Source: an uncultured Actinomycetes bacterium (lineage in GTDB: Bacteria; Actinomycetota; Actinomycetes; Streptosporangiales; Streptosporangiaceae). Taken from it: a DNA stretch of 64,000 nt. This document shows, piece after piece, positions 63,052-64,000 of this stretch (its first letter is position 1; every line of letters starts with the position of its first letter). The stretch covers positions 38,924-102,923 of the forward strand of contig CAWGPP010000013.1 in NCBI GenBank assembly GCA_963824545.1, written 5' to 3'. The notes below the pieces were generated by a model that saw only the letters and a list, made by a program, of their open reading frames with translations, had not been told where the DNA came from and did no database searches. The position numbers were made by a program, and so were the translations under genes.

Positions 63052-63288
63052 CTACAGGATTACGACGGCCTGGGTCTCTCCTGTCGCCTTGTCCCGGATG
63101 AGCACCTCCCGGCCGGCGCTGATCTGGGTGTCGATGAAGTCATACAAGGTGATCGCGCGATTCGCGAGATCTGTCTTGGACAAGTTGGTCCTGTTCTGAA
63201 GGCGCTGGAGTTCCTCCGCGACCTTTGGTACCAGGGCAACCGTGATTCGCTCAACAACCGGTGTGTGGTTGTCCGCGGTGGCGGCCAT
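63052..63288 (-). CDS. ribbon-helix-helix-like small DNA-binding protein, island paralog 3
   Basis: ATG 63288 follows GGAAGGAG. 78 aa: ITVALVPKVAEELQRLQNRTNLSKTDLANRAITLYDFIDTQISAGREVLIRDKATGETQAVVIL. Confidence 0.75.
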   Translation of the reverse strand: MAATADNHTPVVERITVALVPKVAEELQRLQNRTNLSKTDLANRAITLYDFIDTQISAGREVLIRDKATGETQAVVIL

Positions 63289-63440
63289 CGTGAATCTCCT
63301 TCCAAGGACCCCAGAGCACGCCCTGGGCCCCCGCTTGGCCAGTATCAGACCATCGAGCGGTCCGGTGCGGAGGCTTGTTGTGGATCCGGCTACCGAATGT
63401 TGCATGAAGTAGCGGCCGATGTTGTGCATCGAAGCTGCTT

Positions 63441-63463
63441 CGTTGCTATCCACGATAGCAACG
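63441..63463. promoter_or_regulatory. 23-bp perfect palindrome upstream of RHH paralog 3
   Basis: cgttgctatc-cac-gatagcaacg (10-bp arms, 3-nt spacer). On the minus strand it overlaps a TGTACA-16-TATCGT promoter candidate. Confidence 0.5.
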
Positions 63464-63801
63464 CCTGTGCGGTTGTACAGACCGTCGACAGAAAATTACT
63501 GTAAAAATACTCCATTCCCCTGACCAACTTCGCAGCTTATCTCTGCCAGAGGCTCCACTGAACAGGACCTTCCTCCTTGCCTCTCCAGGCCGGAAGGCAT
63601 CCTGGCGGCTGTGCCGTCATATGGCCCCCTTCGGCCGGCTGAGCCATCGCCGTAGCCTGGCGACCCGTGGTTAACCCGCCGCGCGATGCTCTCGCCGCTT
63701 TGCGTGCTCGCGGGGGCAGGCAGCAGGCGGCTCGGACCGCAAGCTGCCCAGGGGCAGAGCCGTTAGCATGTCTTCTCTGTAAAAAAACTGCACTCTAGAT
63801 G

Positions 63802-63830
63802 TTGCTAGACTGCTTTCAGCGCTGTATATT
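63802..63830 (+). promoter_or_regulatory. sigma70-like promoter TTGCTA-17-TATATT (module copy 2)
   Basis: Preceded by ctgtaaaaaaactgcactctagatgttg, matching the 56680..56735 module. Confidence 0.5.
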
Positions 63831-63943
63831 CATGTCAATGCCTCACAGAAAAACTGGTTGAGGGGAGGAGGGAAGGCAGTCACAAGCTGCTAGCGAGTAT
63901 GCCAGGTACAGCCGGGGCGACGACCCCCAAGGAGGTGAACAGC

Positions 63944-64000
63944 ATGACCGCCAGCCTGGCCAGGAACGTTGCGTGGCCACAGGCAGCGGGCGGCCGTATC
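63944..64000 (+). CDS. 5' end of an unknown gene running off the window
   Basis: CCAAGGAGGTGAAC lies 3 nt before the ATG (the AAGGAGG core 7 nt before it). MTASLARNVAWPQAAGGRI... The same CCAAGGAGGTGAAC string occurs at 56834..56847. Confidence 0.45.
   Translation, partial: MTASLARNVAWPQAAGGRI

Overview
High-G+C actinobacterial chromosome segment. Positions 1 to about 53.4 kb are densely packed core genes on both strands. They include two membrane HD-GYP-type proteins, a TB7.3-like 70-aa biotin carrier, a ThDP enzyme and a bioF-gntR-bioD operon. pdtaS-whiB1-lipid kinase sit in the same neighbourhood as M. tuberculosis Rv3221c-Rv3218. Further core genes are a SigF/SigB-type sigma factor with an RsbW-like anti-sigma kinase, Ni-superoxide dismutase sodN with its protease sodX, malic enzyme, PadR+DUF4097 and the 1316-aa Kgd/SucA. 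There is also a ~1265-aa membrane protein with a YPYEP-repeat tail and Asp-box (BNR) repeats, a C-N hydrolase/aminotransferase pair, a glycosyltransferase-methyltransferase-prenyltransferase-like cluster, an osmoprotectant ABC importer, hutU-hutF-hutI, a DrrAB-like exporter and SppA. Two core genes look inactivated: an APC permease with an in-frame TGG->TAG and an RpiR regulator with a +1 frameshift. I recognised no rRNA, tRNA, CRISPR array, integrase or transposase. From about 53.6 kb to the window end the sequence changes character: it is visibly AT-richer, with long intergenic regions carrying consensus-like sigma70 promoters and short genes with strong Shine-Dalgarno sites. This island holds three paralogous ribbon-helix-helix-like small proteins. 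It also holds eight to nine copies of a peptide motif P-[TS]-x-x-A-E-L-x-[VI]-x-L-L-P, spread over small soluble ORFs (two below the 60-aa ORF-track cutoff) and two 2-TM membrane proteins. The rest of the island comprises a single-chain tandem Phd/YefM-like protein, a ROK regulator, 21-23-bp palindromic operator candidates and duplicated promoter modules. I could not assign this set to any described system, and it is my top candidate for something new. The island is truncated by the window end. All calls are by-eye motif recognition; no searches were run.
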